Translations under genes and position numbers: made by a program
Origin: Yuukianura sp. NJ FZ-2021
Lineage: Eukaryota
Reading direction: 5' to 3'
Length of the DNA stretch: 64,000 nt
Assembly (NCBI GenBank): GCA_046563655.1
Contig: CM102290.1
Coordinates: 3,782,001-3,846,000, forward strand
Notes under the pieces: model-generated
Databases searched by the model: none
Told to the model about the DNA's origin: nothing
What the model saw: the letters and a program-made list of their open reading frames with translations, nothing else
Shown here: piece by piece, positions 18,756 to 32,821 of the stretch
Numbering within the stretch: position 1 is the stretch's first letter
Layout: each line of letters opens with the position of its first letter

Positions 18756-20276
18756 GAAAGCGATAGACACCTAATCTCCTAACGAAAAATGCTCACAACA
18801 TATCAAGAATTTTTAGAAATTTTTAAAACTCCAAAAATCTAATATTCGTCAAATTTTGAAAAAAAGCATGGACTTTTTCCATGTCCATGGATTTTTTCGA
18901 AATTTGGCCAAAATCTGAGAGTACCTTTTTAAAATTTCTAAAAATACTGCATATTTTTGTGAATTCAGGAGTGAAGAGTTTACCATTCTATCGCTTTCTG
19001 TTCCCGAGTTATGAATTTTGAAAGTTTTTGAAAATTAAAATGAAATGTTGAAAATTTACATCTCGTAAACGGAAAGCGATAGAGACCTAATCTCTTCGCG
19101 AGAAACTTTCAAAAAACATGAAGAATTTTTAGAAATTTTGAAAACTCCAAAATCGAACATCAAGTTTTTCGTCAAATTTTGAAAAAAACCATGGACTATA
19201 GTCCATGGATTTTTTCGAAATTTCGTCAAAATCTGAGGGTACCTTTTTATATTTTCTAAAAATAGTATATATTTTTGTGAATTCAGGAGCGAAGAGTTTA
19301 CCTTTCTATCGCTTTCCGTTCCCGAGTTATGAATTTTTAAAGTTTTGGAAAACCAAAACAAAATTTTGGAAATTTATATCTCAGGAACGGAAAGCGATAG
19401 AGACCTAATCTCTTCGCGAGAAACTTTCAAAAAACATGGAGAATTTTTAGAAATTTTGAAAACTCCAAAATCGAACATCAAGTTTTTCCTCAAATTTTGA
19501 AAAAAACCATGGACTATATATAGTCCATGGATTTTTTCAAAATTTGGCCAAAATCTGAGGGTACCTTTTTCAAATTTCTAAAAATACTGCATATTTTTGT
19601 GAATTCAGGAGTGAAGAGTTTATCTTTCTATCGCTTTTCATTCCCGAGATATGAATTTTTAAAGTTTTTGAAAATCAAAATAAAATTTTGAAAATTTATA
19701 TCTCATGTACGGAAAGCGATAGAGACCTAATCTCTTCGCGAGAAACTTTCAAAAAACATGAAGAATTTTTAGAAATTTTGAAAACTCCAAAATCGAACAT
19801 CAAGTTTTTCCTCAAATTTTGAAAAAAACCATGGACTATAGTCCATGGATTTTTTCGAAATTTGGCCAAAATCTGAGGGTACCTTTTTAAAATTTCTAAA
19901 AATACTGCATATTTTTGTGAATTCAGAAGTGAAGAGTTTATCTTTCTATCGCTTTTCATTCCCGAGATATGAATTTTTAAAGTTTTTGAAAATCAAAATA
20001 AAATTTTGAAAATTTATATCTCAGGAACGGAAAGCGATAGAGACCTAATCTCTTCGCGAAAAAGTTTCAATAAATATGAAGAATTTTTAGAAATTTTTAA
20101 AACTCCAAAATCGAACATCAAGTTTTTCGTCAAATTTTGAAAAAAACCATGGACTATAGTCCATAAATTTTTTCGAAATTTGGCCAAAATCTGAGGGTAC
20201 CTTTTTAAAATTTCTAAAAATACTGCATATTTTTGTGAATTCAGGAGTGAAGAGTTTACCTCTCTATCGCTTTCCA
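18756..20276. repeat. ~318-bp tandem satellite (5 units), each unit made of inverted half-units
   Basis: GAAAGCGATAG anchors at 18756, 19072, 19390, 19712 and 20030 (periods 316, 318, 322, 318). The reverse complement CTATCGCTTT occurs once per unit. Central palindrome CCATGGACTATAGTCCATGG. Confidence 0.95.
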
Positions 20277-22092
20277 CTTCTCTTTCATTTTCCCTTCTGA
20301 ATGGACTAATCCGCAATGTTTTTCGTCCCATTCAATCTATTTCCTCATAAATGTTTCAAAATTCAAATTTTTTTTTTGTAAATTCATATCTCGGGAACGG
20401 AATAACTGGCAAGGGTTGATAATTACTTACTGACTGTATTGAGGAGAACGACATAGAGAATCTGTTCATATATTAAACCTTCAAAACCGAACAAAAAATA
20501 AGTTCTGAAAGCTGTTTAAAAAGATTAAACAATTTTGACGCTGAATTGTTTTAAAGGAAATGAACCTCTTCAGTAAAAACTTTCACTACTGAATTTTATT
20601 TTTCAGACAACTTTCCTAGTTCCATAAATTAAACTGAAATATTTTAAGGTCTTAAAGAAAAGCTCAAAATCGGAAGCCTAAACACTGCAACTGTGTTTTA
20701 CAGTTTTCAAAAAACTTTTTAAATTGGAGGACCAGATGAACGGAAGCATTTAAAAGTTTTTAATAATGTTCTAAGAACTACACTCAATTGACGAATCATA
20801 AAGATTTCAAAAAATCTCAACTAAAAACTACATTTAAAGTAAATCTTCTAAAAGATCAGATTTTGAAAAGTTTTTTTTTCCTTAAAAATTGTTATCAAAG
20901 TTGTTCATTTTTCACCTTTTTAAAGAATCTATTCAGCAGATTCCTTTTTAACAGCAAATGTTCTTAGTTTTAGACTTAGAAGTTCCCATATCAAAGTTGA
21001 AAGAGATTCACAAACTCATATAGCGAGTGGGTTGGATTTTGTTTTTAACAAAAGTAAAACGCTTTTGTTTAAAAAAATGTTTTTAGAAACACAATACTTA
21101 ACAAAAAACACAGAAAAGCCTAAGTTAAGGTCGGCTACAACAGCGCTTGCGTACTTCTCTTTACGTAAACAACCAATGAGTATATATAACTTGCAGTTAA
21201 TTATTAAGTGGAGACACATTTTGAGCCAAGTGCTTAAATACTTCCTACTTAACAATGTCTAGGTAAGAACGGAAGGAAGCAACAACGTAAGCGACTATTT
21301 GGACGACGTTCTGGAAAGATGCAAAGTTAAGACCAAGGTCAATGGTTGGGAAACACAACTCTTTTAAGCATTGGCATTGTGGAATGTCGTCGATTCCAAC
21401 TTAGAGTTGAAAATTATACTTTAACAAAAAACAGAATGAGGCAGGACACAATTGAAATCAACAGGGACAGACGGAAGTGTTTACCTATAACTAGTGTTAT
21501 AAATACTTAAATTACCAACTACGAAGCAAACTAATGTAACATTGTACATATCCCCTTCTCGTAAACTCGTAAAATCCTTGTGCAACCCATCAGCTTAAAG
21601 TTTCCGTCCAAATTGTACAAAATGTACAAATGTTAAATATCATTCCAAATATTTGCTAAACTAGGCGTAGTTTACTTACCTAATTTGTTATAAATTAAAC
21701 TTAAGTTGTAAAACCTGGACTAACAGAAACTCGTCTGTCAATACAGCACATGCTTCAGTTCTTTACGAAAATCAATGTTTGTAATGAGTAAGATTTGGCA
21801 TTAGTTTGGTTAAACCCGAAAGTTAGTTCTCATGCTTTCTATCATTTAGTACCATAAATACTAAGCAAACTTAATCGGTAATACACTTAATGTATCGTAG
21901 AAAGGTCATCATTCCCTGAAGAAAACTTAATCGCAGATCCATGATCCCCTACTCTACCCAGCATTGGGAAAACATCTCCAAAAATTGAAAAATTGTATAA
22001 ACTAAAACAATTATCTCTCTTGATTGGCATAAGTTCATTTGAAGACAATCTGACATCATCTTGTACAAGGTGTATTGGCCTCAATGGGTCTT

Positions 22093-25000
22093 CTAGGGCT
22101 TCGGAACCTCTACGCCGTTTGTCATATGAAGCTCCGAGTAGGTGAGAAGACCACGGTAGACTAAATCATATTGTGCCTAAGGTTGAAATCAAAATTAGCA
22201 ATTACTTCTACCTAAAAACATTGAATTAAAACTAAACAGGAAACTAAACATACCACGTTTTGAAAAAGATTCTGACGCTGGGATCTCAATTTCCGTACCA
22301 CCGTAAAGACGTCTACTCTCGATTCTGTCATCATTTGCTTTACCAGTATTGCCAGTGCCACAAATATACAACTGCGCTGTGCTCCATCACTGTCAATCAG
22401 CAAAACCTTAAGTTAGTCACCACAGATAGATGAACTCGGAATGAACCTTCTACCGACCTGCAATGGACGATGGATGGACCCGTATTAAATTCTATGCTGT
22501 CCTGATGTTTCAAGGTCGTATCGACTAGTTCTACAAGTCCCCTCGTACTTTCTGGAACTTCCCCAGGACCGACTGGCCATCCATTGTACTGAAACTGTGT
22601 CACTAGATACGAGTCTTCTGACTTGGAATTGGTTACTGTAAATTCTCGCTTGTAGTAGAAAGGAAAGCTCTGACTCTGCATATACTTCACTTTGATGTAG
22701 TCGTGCGCAGTCTCCTGGTCCTTCTCTGGCCAGTAACGTGGACAATTCCCTTCTCCAGTTTCAGAAAACATTACGATAGTCCTTACATTCTGCTCCACAA
22801 CCATTCTCCAAAAGTCCCCAATTGTGTTTTCCAGAGGATCTTGTGTCATAATAAACTGCTCAGTGTTATCGTAGCCCTGCGGAGTAACAGCCGGTAAACG
22901 ATTGTGCCAATGTTCGTTGAAAATATTTCTAATAAAGTTATTAAACAACTAGTTCTAGTCATTTTACCTCAATGAATGATGCATTAATATAAGTGCAAAT
23001 CTCGTTTTTGGAGCTGGGCATTGGTGACAGGATAACTCGACATCTATCGTAGGGGATTACATTATCATGACGATTCCGACAACGATTTTCTTCTGACGTC
23101 CCGACGGAAAAGGCCTTTCTATCTTCAACTACTAGAGACAATTTCTGAACAAGAAAACATATCAAACATCAATTTTGCTGGAGAACAGTAGAATTTTATG
23201 CTGTTTGTAGTAGTTACCTCAAACTCTTCTTCCATTCTCGATGAAACTTTCCCGTCTTCACAACTTCTCAGTCTTTCTAGTGCAGATTTAAATTCCGACA
23301 ACTTGATTTCTGTATCTCCAAATTGGGCCGCTTCCATTAAAGCACGATAAATAAAGACATATTGTTTCTGCAATGACAGAAATAATAATACAAATAAGCT
23401 AGATTATGAAAACACCCAATAATATAATGAAATAAGTGACAATGATTGGATCATTACCAGCGACTGGACGAGAAAGTTTCGCTGATGCCGTAAGTCACAA
23501 ATTGTGTTGAAAATAGCAACACAGTTTTCTTCAGCTAACTGATCCAGGAGAGAGTCCAGGGCGACCAGCGTTCCGGTTCGACCCACGCCAGCAGAGCAGT
23601 GGACTAGAATTGGGCCTTTCTCAGGGGAATAAGCCTCGTTGAATCGCTTGATGAAGCGAATGATTCCAACAGGATACTCGGGAGCCATGAAATCTTTCCA
23701 AACTAAGTAATGATATTGGTAAACATGTCGCTCTTCGTCACCTTGCTCCGCTGGACGGCTCCGCTTCAACTGCAAATTCCGTACTAGGTAGTCTAAAATC
23801 CATTTTAGAAAACGCAATTAATTTTTCTCGAATCTACTAACATTTATCAATCTATCTATCCATTATAATACTTGATGAGCATTGGTGATTCCGCGAATAC
23901 ATAGCAAGCAACCAGAGCGCATAGTTACGCAATATAATTCGATATCCGAATCTAAAATGCAACTTAATTACGCAATATATTTGTTTACATTGAAAATTAC
24001 CTGAAAATTCCTTCTCTGAGTTATGAGTAACTGTAATATCTCCGTAAACACTGGAACCTTCCGAAGGCCAATACTTGGCACACTTCGTCTTGTTATACTC
24101 TTCCGTGTTTGTTAACATCAAAATGAGGGTCACTCGTTGTTCCCAAACGAGTCGCCACCAATCCACAACCGTTGCTTCCATAGGACCTTGCGCGCAAATA
24201 AACTTCTTCCGCTCCTTGTAACCAACAACGAAGTTGGCATTAATATAATCCGAACAATGTGAAGAACCCTCCGGTACTTGGAGTCGAACGCGTGTTTGAT
24301 CGTAGGCCTTAATATCCGGATAGCGATTCTTCCCACTATTTTCCCGCTTATCAGACTCGTGACAACTTCGATCCGAAAATCTATCCGGTAAGTTCTGAAA
24401 TGAAAATGAAGTCATAAAAATATCCTATAAATTATTTCTGCAGTTTATTTGCGTTTAGGCTTTACCTCAAACTCTTGTCCAAACCCAAAATCTGATTCCT
24501 TGTGACGTTCCTTGAATGCTTCAACAATGGCTTCTCTAGGAATGGGGGCCATCTCGACTGTACTCTCACTTGGAACCCACCGCTGTCCTCTGAGCCTCCG
24601 ACAAAGTTGGTGAAGGGAATGAGAGAAACCGTACTCTTCGTCTCCAGGTTCCTTCCTTCGCCAGCGCATCACACACATAATGGCAAGAACGACGACGATT
24701 GACGCTACGAGTAACGTCCCAATGAAAATTGAATACAAGTTTGGCGTATCCACGGCTCGTCGTGTAGGTTTTAGGGGTGAGAAATAGTTGCTATGAGCTA
24801 CAATTTGTTCGTTCCCGTCGCTCACCACTAAAAAAGGACAAAAAGTTGAAGTTTCAACAATCACAATAACAATATTTTCTAATTATGAATATACCAAGTG
24901 CATCCAAGTAGGCCGTGTAAGTACTATCAGAGTGTAATGGTCCATCATACACGACGTAGTTGGAATTGGCTGAACTGGCGTGTCGCTTTCGATGAGGTTT

Positions 25001-27757
25001 CGTCGACGGAATTGAATTTATATGATACATTTGAGGCCTTCTAAAGTGTCCATTGGCTCCCTGCTGACTGTTTTCCGTCGGTTGAACATGAAAACAGCTG
25101 TCACAGGCAAGCTTAGATGACTCCCTTCCTGGATCTTCATCGCCAATCATTATGATTCGTTTGCCTTGTCTATATTCAACAAACGCCAGTTTAACATCAA
25201 GGTGGAAAATCACATTAAACTGAAATCAAATGAATTTTTACCCTACCCGTTTGGATCCAGTAACTCTGCAACGTAAGCTCCTCCGTCGCTACTGTTATGT
25301 ACTTGATCATAAGAGGACAATTTCAGATGACCTGGGGAACCCAGCTTCTCTTCAAATGCTTCAACTTCTGTTAAGCGAACGACGATAATCCGGAAGCAAC
25401 AAACAGATCCATTTCGTTGGGAGATGTAAGGCATCGTAACCATAAAGTAAAATTGACTTTTGCCAGTAACAGTCTTCCAGTTGACTTTACTCAGTTCCTC
25501 ACGGTTCGGTATGCTTCGAGGCATCGTACAGGTTCCCATCGCCACTTCTCCACAAGTTTTACTTCTCGCTTTGGCACAAACGCTAAAATAAATATAAAAA
25601 TTAGAACAAAAGAAGGAACAAAGAACGTGAAAGAAGAAAGAACAAAAGAAGAAAGAAGAAGTAATTATGCAGTAAGGCGTGTAAATACCTGACGTAGTAA
25701 TTGGTATTCGGAGGCTGATGTCCAAACTCAACTCGAGTAACTCCAACAGTCTTGTTAATGGGCCCAATAATTTCGGTAATCATGTTAAGACTTACTGAGT
25801 CTCGGTAAGTGGCATTTCCAAATAAAGTGACAGTATATTCAACGATTTGACCTCTCGGGTTCTGCGGTACGTTCCACGTCGCTTGAACAGACGACTTGTG
25901 AGTTGTTTGATTGAAGAAACATTGAACAACCAGGTTGACTGGAGCAGAGGGAGTTCCATCCATAGTACGTGCAGTAACTTCATTTGAAAATGCATTACAC
26001 TCTCCAGTGTATTCGGAACAGGCCCGTGCCTTCGTACATAAAAAGAAAGAAACAATTGATTTTGACTTACCAATGAAGTAGTGTTAGTGTAGTATTTTCG
26101 ATATGAAGTAAAACTTTTCCCCCAAAATTACCATTATGGCATAAGAAGTTCCGGGTTCAAGGTTTTCGATCATATAAGGATTCTCTCGGCCTTCGGAAAC
26201 CTGGACAGTATCCTTTCCTCGGATAACAAAAGAGTAGCGTTGAAAAAATTCGGAAGGCTCTTGAGACCAGCCAATGGTTATGGAATTGAAGGTATTCCCT
26301 TGGAACGTTATGGTGGGAACAAGGTTAGGATCTGTAAACAACATGATTACAATCCATTAAACCACATTCTTATAAGACCAACTTCATTCTGTCATCTGGA
26401 GTTACCTTCTGCCAAAGTGGTGACGACAACATCAGAAACTGACTTCCCAGTTCCATCTTTGTTTTTGGCAATCATAGTGAAAGCTGAGTAGTTCGTTGAG
26501 GGTTTCAATCCCTCCAATATAAATTGTGTAGAATTGGAAATTGGAACAGAAGTTGAATTAAGTTTGCCATTTCCATCAATATACTGAAATAAGGAAATAG
26601 AGATTACTCATTTTAAGAAAACTTTTTTTGTTATAGTTCACAGCAAACCTTCAACTCGAGATGCGTAACTGGCGAGTTTCCATCGAATATCTTCCATCTC
26701 ACGAATATTCTAGCTTTACCGATGGACTTAATTAGTCCCAACTTCAGCTCCGGAGGACCTGCCAAAAAAGATAGATTTAAATCAACAAATTTTTAATTTT
26801 GTCTTCATTAACTTTACCTGTAACTGTCAAGTCTACTTTAGACATTTGAGTTCCATATCGACATGAGTAAGATCCATTGTGCTGATGAGTGACATTCTCT
26901 AGTGACATCGTCGAGGACGTGCTTGTTAGATTCGTGAAAGTTGTAATTGACCCGTGACTAGGTGAACTGATGACTCCCATTCCATCATGCATCCATACCA
27001 GATTTTCATGCATTGGGAAACCAATAACCAAGCACTGAAATGTTACTCGAGATCCCTTGGATTTGGTATAATCAGATGCCGTAAGGTTAACTTTCGGCTC
27101 AGCTAGAAAATGTATAATAATGGTAAAACTTTTTGTTGAAGCGATAACGTTATTTGACTATTGATCTGCTCATACCTTCAAACTTGAGTTGGTAATGCGA
27201 GCGAAGATCATCTTTTCCAGAATGGCACGTATAGTTCCCAATATCGTCCAAACTGAGTCTGTCAAAAGTCAATACGCTCATAACCGTTTCTCCATATTCT
27301 GCAGACTCTTCACCGGATGGGGCGAGTTGGATGTCTTCACCGTGGCGTGTCCAGTATGGTCGATGGGGTGCTTTTGCATGACATATTAGCTTGAAAGACT
27401 CTCCAAGTTTTAGTACGCCTTCCTCCTTGAATTGGAGTGTACCAGCAGCATCGACTTTATCTATAAAAAAAAATACATCCCATTAAATCGAGTTACCGAA
27501 GGTCAGATAGTTAATTACTCTGGCGAATGATGATTTTCTTGGGTTTCATGCTCTTTCGACAAGTCATATTAAAAAATTAACAAGAAAAACGGTGTTGGCG
27601 GACTAGTTAGCATCCACCTTATCTTATACTCTAACTGGCATCGCTACATCATTACCAAGTTGGATATTGCATGCACGTTAGAATTGGCGCACTTACAACT
27701 ACTAGTTCCAAGAAGTAAGATCACGAATCCAATTGAGCGAATGAAGCTTTGATTCAT
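22093..27757 (-). CDS. Ptp69D: Receptor-type protein tyrosine phosphatase 69D (signal peptide, 2 Ig, FN3 repeats, TM, tandem PTP domains)
   Basis: Signal-peptide exon MNQSFIRSIGFVILLLGTSS (27757-27697) splices into an Ig exon (Y-KVDAAGTLQF...GNYTC). TM segment IFIGTLLVASIVVVLAIMCVM. D1 has KNRYPDIKAYDQTRV, VWKDFMAPE and VHCSAGVGRTG; D2 has VHCSDGAQRS. Last exon AQYDLVYRGLLTYSELHMTNGVEVPKP* (22176-22093). Confidence 0.92.
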
Positions 27758-29853
27758 TATGAATCCTTTCAGGACGATTCCTACGAAATTCTCTACGGAG
27801 TTTTCCAACTTCAGTTACGAAGGACGGGTCATCATAACCGTTACCGAGGTTCAATAACTTCACAAGGGAAGTCAGGTTGGCCTTGACAGTTCTCACTCCA
27901 GTCCAATGTCCGCATGCATTGAGAGAACCTCAACCCTCCAATTGAAACTGAAACATAAAAGACAAGTTAATAAGGAAACATTGTTTGCAGAACGAAATTG
28001 TATCGCTTGAAGTTTACTTGACTTATAATGCCGTACAGCAAGAGACTTTACATAAAATATATACAACTGATGAGCAGCTAAATGACACTCCATCGAAATC
28101 CAAACTAATGTTATTTAGGCTGTAAAATTATAGCTTACCAAGGTGTTCCGTGAGTAATCAGTCATGGATCAAGGTAGCCGATGTTATATGAGATAATTTG
28201 ATGGATACAAAGGAGTGTCTGACAGTTGGTTTGCTTGAACGTTGATTTGGATCCAGTAGTAAGTCAGTTCGAGGCGGGTCACTTACGGAAGATGGACGGG
28301 GTCACTTTTAATCTCGTTGTTACAAGATTTCAGCCGTGCTAAACGAAGTACCAAAGACAGACGGTGAAAGATGAAGGCCGTGTACCAAAAGTCTCTGGAA
28401 GTCAATCGAATTATCAGTTAATAGTAGTCAAGTGTACTCGTCCTAAGAGGAAACTTTTGTCAAAAGTCCAAGTAAAATGAAATGACGAGGTTTGTGGTAA
28501 CAAAAAAAAGGGGTTTTAAGAAGGAGGGCGGGAGCCACCCAACAACAATAACAATAATTGCTTATGAAAAAACACAAAAGGAATAACCAAATTAGTGACA
28601 AATTTCCAATTACTTTCTGAACGAGGGTTTTTACTCACTCGACCGACGACAGAGAGAACATTTCCTTCTTTTTTACTTTTCATTTTACCGACTTCCTTCT
28701 GTAATTCTGCATTCTGTATTCTGCAAAGGAAAGAACAAGAAAAGTCAAGAAAAAACCAACTCCCTTGAAATATACACAAGGTTTAAAAACCCCGCCCCTG
28801 CCGCTCAACCAAAAGTCGGCCGTTTCGGACCAAATGCCAATTGCAAAACATAAACTACATTATTCCAAAACTACAAAATACAAAATAAACTAAAATCTTA
28901 CGCCACACCCACAACCTTATTACCCTAATTACTTTGCATTAACTCTAATTAATTAATAAATTTTCATGCAACTATAAACACAACCATGAAAGTTAAAATT
29001 TCGGGGTCATTTGTAGTCTATTTCTGTATTTTGCAATTTAATTTTGTCGGTTAAAACTTTTTTTTTTAAAGAAAAATCCCACCCTTTCTCAACACTTCGA
29101 CTTTTCACACTTTTACTTCCTTCCTCCGGGAAAATTGTTGCGACTTTCACTCTTTTTATATGGAAAATCTAAGTGAAAAAAAGGGGAAAGTGTTTTCCTG
29201 GATGGAAGTTTCTGTGGTTTTAGCATAGGAAGGATATCACATCCTGGATGTCTTATGAATCAATACCTTTCTCCACCCTACTCTCCCCAATTTCCGCCTT
29301 TCCCGTTGCTTTCCTTTTTCAATTTAATTCATAGTTACACAATATTTTCTATCCAAGAGAATACAAAAAAGAATTGCGTTCTGGAAAAGTTTCAAACATG
29401 TAGGAATACAATAAAAAAAAAGAAAATGAATTCGGCCTTTGCTTTGATCACCACAAATTGAAACCATTCTCAGAACCTAGTTATTACAATCCACAAAACA
29501 ACATAAGGATTGACACTACGCAATTTTTGAAAAAATTTTCATAACCATAGCCCTCGTTTTTCCTTTGACTTTTTCGTTTTCTTTTTCTTACAGAGTTCCT
29601 AAACTTCTGCGGAATAAATCGACCTTGACCTTTAGTATTGAAATTACGACACTCGTATTTTTAAACAGTTTGAAGATAGTATTAACTAAAGCTTAAGCTC
29701 AGATCCTTTCCCATAAAATACTTTTACCACTTAGGGAGTGCGAATTTACGTAACTTTAACATGAACATTTGTATGGATCCGTTATCGCTTGGATTGAAGT
29801 TGGAATTCTTATGTTTGGGTTTGACTTATGCCTTATGGACACTTGAGTGAGAA

Positions 29854-32314
29854 TTAATCCAGAAGAATATCCACATCAGGAACATTTCCGCTGGTTCCAT
29901 TTGCGTTGTTACCAGTAACTGATCCAGCCGTTGAACTTGCATTGTTAGTCTCATCTCTTGCCCCCTCCAAGTCTTCATCTTCCGGATCGTCACAAAGAGC
30001 ATCAACATCTCGCTCTTCAAATCCAAGACGAAAGGAATCGTCCTGATTCTCCTATGAGTTAAAAACAAGAAGTTACTAACTCAAACCAATGACTAGACTT
30101 AATATGGATTTGGTTTTTACCTCAAAGTTAGTTTCATCCAGCTCAGCATCCGAGAGACCATGACCGCCGCCATTACCGGATGGATGCTGTGGAGTAAACA
30201 GTTGAGACGGAATGCCGCTATCTGTGTCTCCTCGACGGAGACCGGGATAAAGTGGTGGCTTGGGCATTTCCCAAGTAGCACGGGAATGTTCTCTTGGTGT
30301 ACTCCCGCCAGTACTCTTAGAACCCACAGTCTTGAGTCTCTCATTCAAACCAAGGATTTGAGTCTGTTGGTTTCGACACGTTTCCTGAAGTTGATTGATG
30401 AACCACTGCTGGTCCTTGCACTGTTGAAAGTAGGTGGGTGGACGGACATCAAATCTAAATACAAAGAAAGTCGGAATGACATTTTTAGTTCTTTTGGTGT
30501 TAAATTAAGTTAAGTGTTAGGATTTATTCGTCTCAAGGTGTCACTTACCTGAGGACGACTACATCAGTCTCGGGCTCCCAAAATCCTTCAGTCTCCAACA
30601 AATCCAATCGAAAGAACCGATTATAACCCCAGCACTCTCCAGTCTCAAAATCAGAAGCAAACTCTCGGACCATATTCTTCGTTGTCTCAGAGGTTTTGGG
30701 ATGAATCATTTCAATCCGATATTCATATCTAAAATTAACGATTTGTAACAAATTGTGATATTAAGAAACAAGGTGTAGGTTAAACTTAATCCTTACTTTG
30801 CTGTTTCTGGAGGTCCTTCACTTAATTCAAGAAAAACTGACAAGTAAGATCCACGGACGACACCGTTTCCGTCTGGGTAGACTTTGAGACGCCAACTAAG
30901 GCCATTGACTTTGAGCGGTTCAGAATAGAAGGGGTCCGCCTATTGTAATTTCATAAGAATTGATTAATTTGATCAAAATTATAAAGAATATTTAAAAGAA
31001 GCGCCTTACCTTGAGACGGAGCTGACTAAATTTCTCAATAGCAAAAGTACTATTATCGTAGATTGGAACCAACTCGCTATAAAATTAACAACATAAATAT
31101 AGTTAAACTGTGTTAGTAAAGTTTATCACCTAAGCAGTCAATTTTTTCGCAAATGTCAGATAGAAGCAAACGTTTACCTTGAAAAATCTCCAGGAACTGG
31201 AGCAACTGAGAATGTACATTTGCACAGCGTATCTTGAATCTTTTGAATGATTTTGTGTCGGTTGTTGATTAGTTCACTTTTAGGCCCTTCTATTAACTTC
31301 TTATCAATCTATCATAAAAAAAAGTCAACTAATACTTCTGATTCGTCAAGTTTTTGTGTTAATTAGACATACGTCGAAAAGCATTGCCTCGACTTCCTCA
31401 GACTTTCGAGTCAAGTGAGTTTTTTGATTCATGAGAGTCATCAACTTGTTCCTGAGATGAGTATCCAATCTGTAACAGACAACAAAGTTGATTAAAATAC
31501 CAGAAATTACTAACGGTATTTTGGTGCGAAGCGATGATCTAACCTGGCAATCATGAGCTCAACAGCATTTCTAATTTCACGAACTCGTTGGTCTTTGGCA
31601 GAACGGACTTGTTCAATATTCTTTTCGACGTCTTGAATAGAGCTTATCAGTTCCATGAGTTTTTGACGAACTTGGAGAACATGTTCCTGAATTTGTCGGC
31701 AGTGAGTTTTGTAAACTTCATCTAGTGGCTTGAAGTTATGACCAGTATGGGCCGAGCTCCATAGGGCACATTCATGACAAATGCAGCAGTCACAGGAAAT
31801 GCAGTATACGGACATGTCTTCTTTGATGTGGGTCGTGCATCTGCAAAAATAATACGTTTTGTCAGTTAGAGAAAAATGGACACCACTTTCAAAGTCCGGT
31901 TACTTTTCAGAAGAAAAATTAGACTCCAGTAGAGATTGACTGAGCTTTGAATTTTCCATGGACACTTCTTTGACTTGCAATGAGTCGAGTTGTTGCGTTA
32001 CTTCCTCTGCCCATCGGCAGTTGACCACTTCGTGAATATGGAGTATTGAACGGCAGTGTGGACATTGCGTCCGTGTTTCTGTGAGCCATCGACGAATACA
32101 AGTGTAGCAACAGAGCTTGGAACAATGTGGACACATGTATGCATTCCTCAACTTTTCCATGCAGATAAAGCATCGGAAAATCTCAGCCAAACTCTGAAAT
32201 TCACTCTGATAATCAATTTCGTTATATTCTTGTTAATTAACTGAACAATTTTACTGCTTCAGGAAGAAGTTGTCCCCTTACCTCCATTGATTTCTTGCTC
32301 GAATTCGAACTCAT
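29854..32314 (-). CDS. TRIM37: TRIM37-like E3 ubiquitin ligase (RING, B-box, coiled coil, MATH/TRAF), ~590 aa
   Basis: [50 protein letters not shown] (RING), [19 protein letters not shown] (B-box), [24 protein letters not shown] and [24 protein letters not shown] (MATH). Acidic last exon ends ...VPDVDILLD*. Confidence 0.93.
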
Positions 32315-32810
32315 TTTCTTTTTCACCCTTGAATGATTTTAAGTTTTCGTAGCAATCCCTGACCAAATCCTTCGACTCGAAGTATTCCTTGGCGGTATCC
32401 AAACTTCAAATGAACATAAAAATCAGTTTATGAATTGCAATTTACCTATAACAAACCACAGTTTGTGACATTTGACATACCTCAGTTAACTTTCGCCAAA
32501 GCACTTGAATTGAACCCAGCCAGCGGATCCGGATAGGCTGAGAATGAGAATCCCACAAGTCTAGTATATCCCCTTTAGTTAACCATGATTAATTTAATTA
32601 ACTTATATATATATCTCAAATTCTTAATAATTCTTAATCTTAACTAACAAAATGTTAATTAACTCAAGTACAGTACACTCACCCTCTGTCTTCTCCGTCA
32701 GCCTCCGTCTCTCAGCAGTCGCAAAGGATTAAAAAAAAATGAAAAGTCAAAAGTGAAAATTTTTGTTTTTGTTTTGAATATGAAGAAACAAAAGCATAAA
32801 ATCACTCCAC

Positions 32811-32821
32811 AGATGGCGCTA
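32811..32821 (+). promoter_or_regulatory. CTCF-like motif in the divergent TRIM37 / four-TM gene intergenic region
   Basis: AGATGGCGCTA matches the core of the insect CTCF motif. It is a single short match. Confidence 0.3.

Noticed and set aside
19056..20331. Repeated ~90-105 aa ORFs on the - strand that look like a paralogous gene family
   Set aside because: They are translations of the 318-bp satellite unit: low complexity, no splice structure.
23690..23705. WKD instead of WPD in the first PTP domain as an inactivating change
   Set aside because: WKDF is the normal Ptp69D D1 sequence, and the catalytic HCSAGVGRTG is intact.
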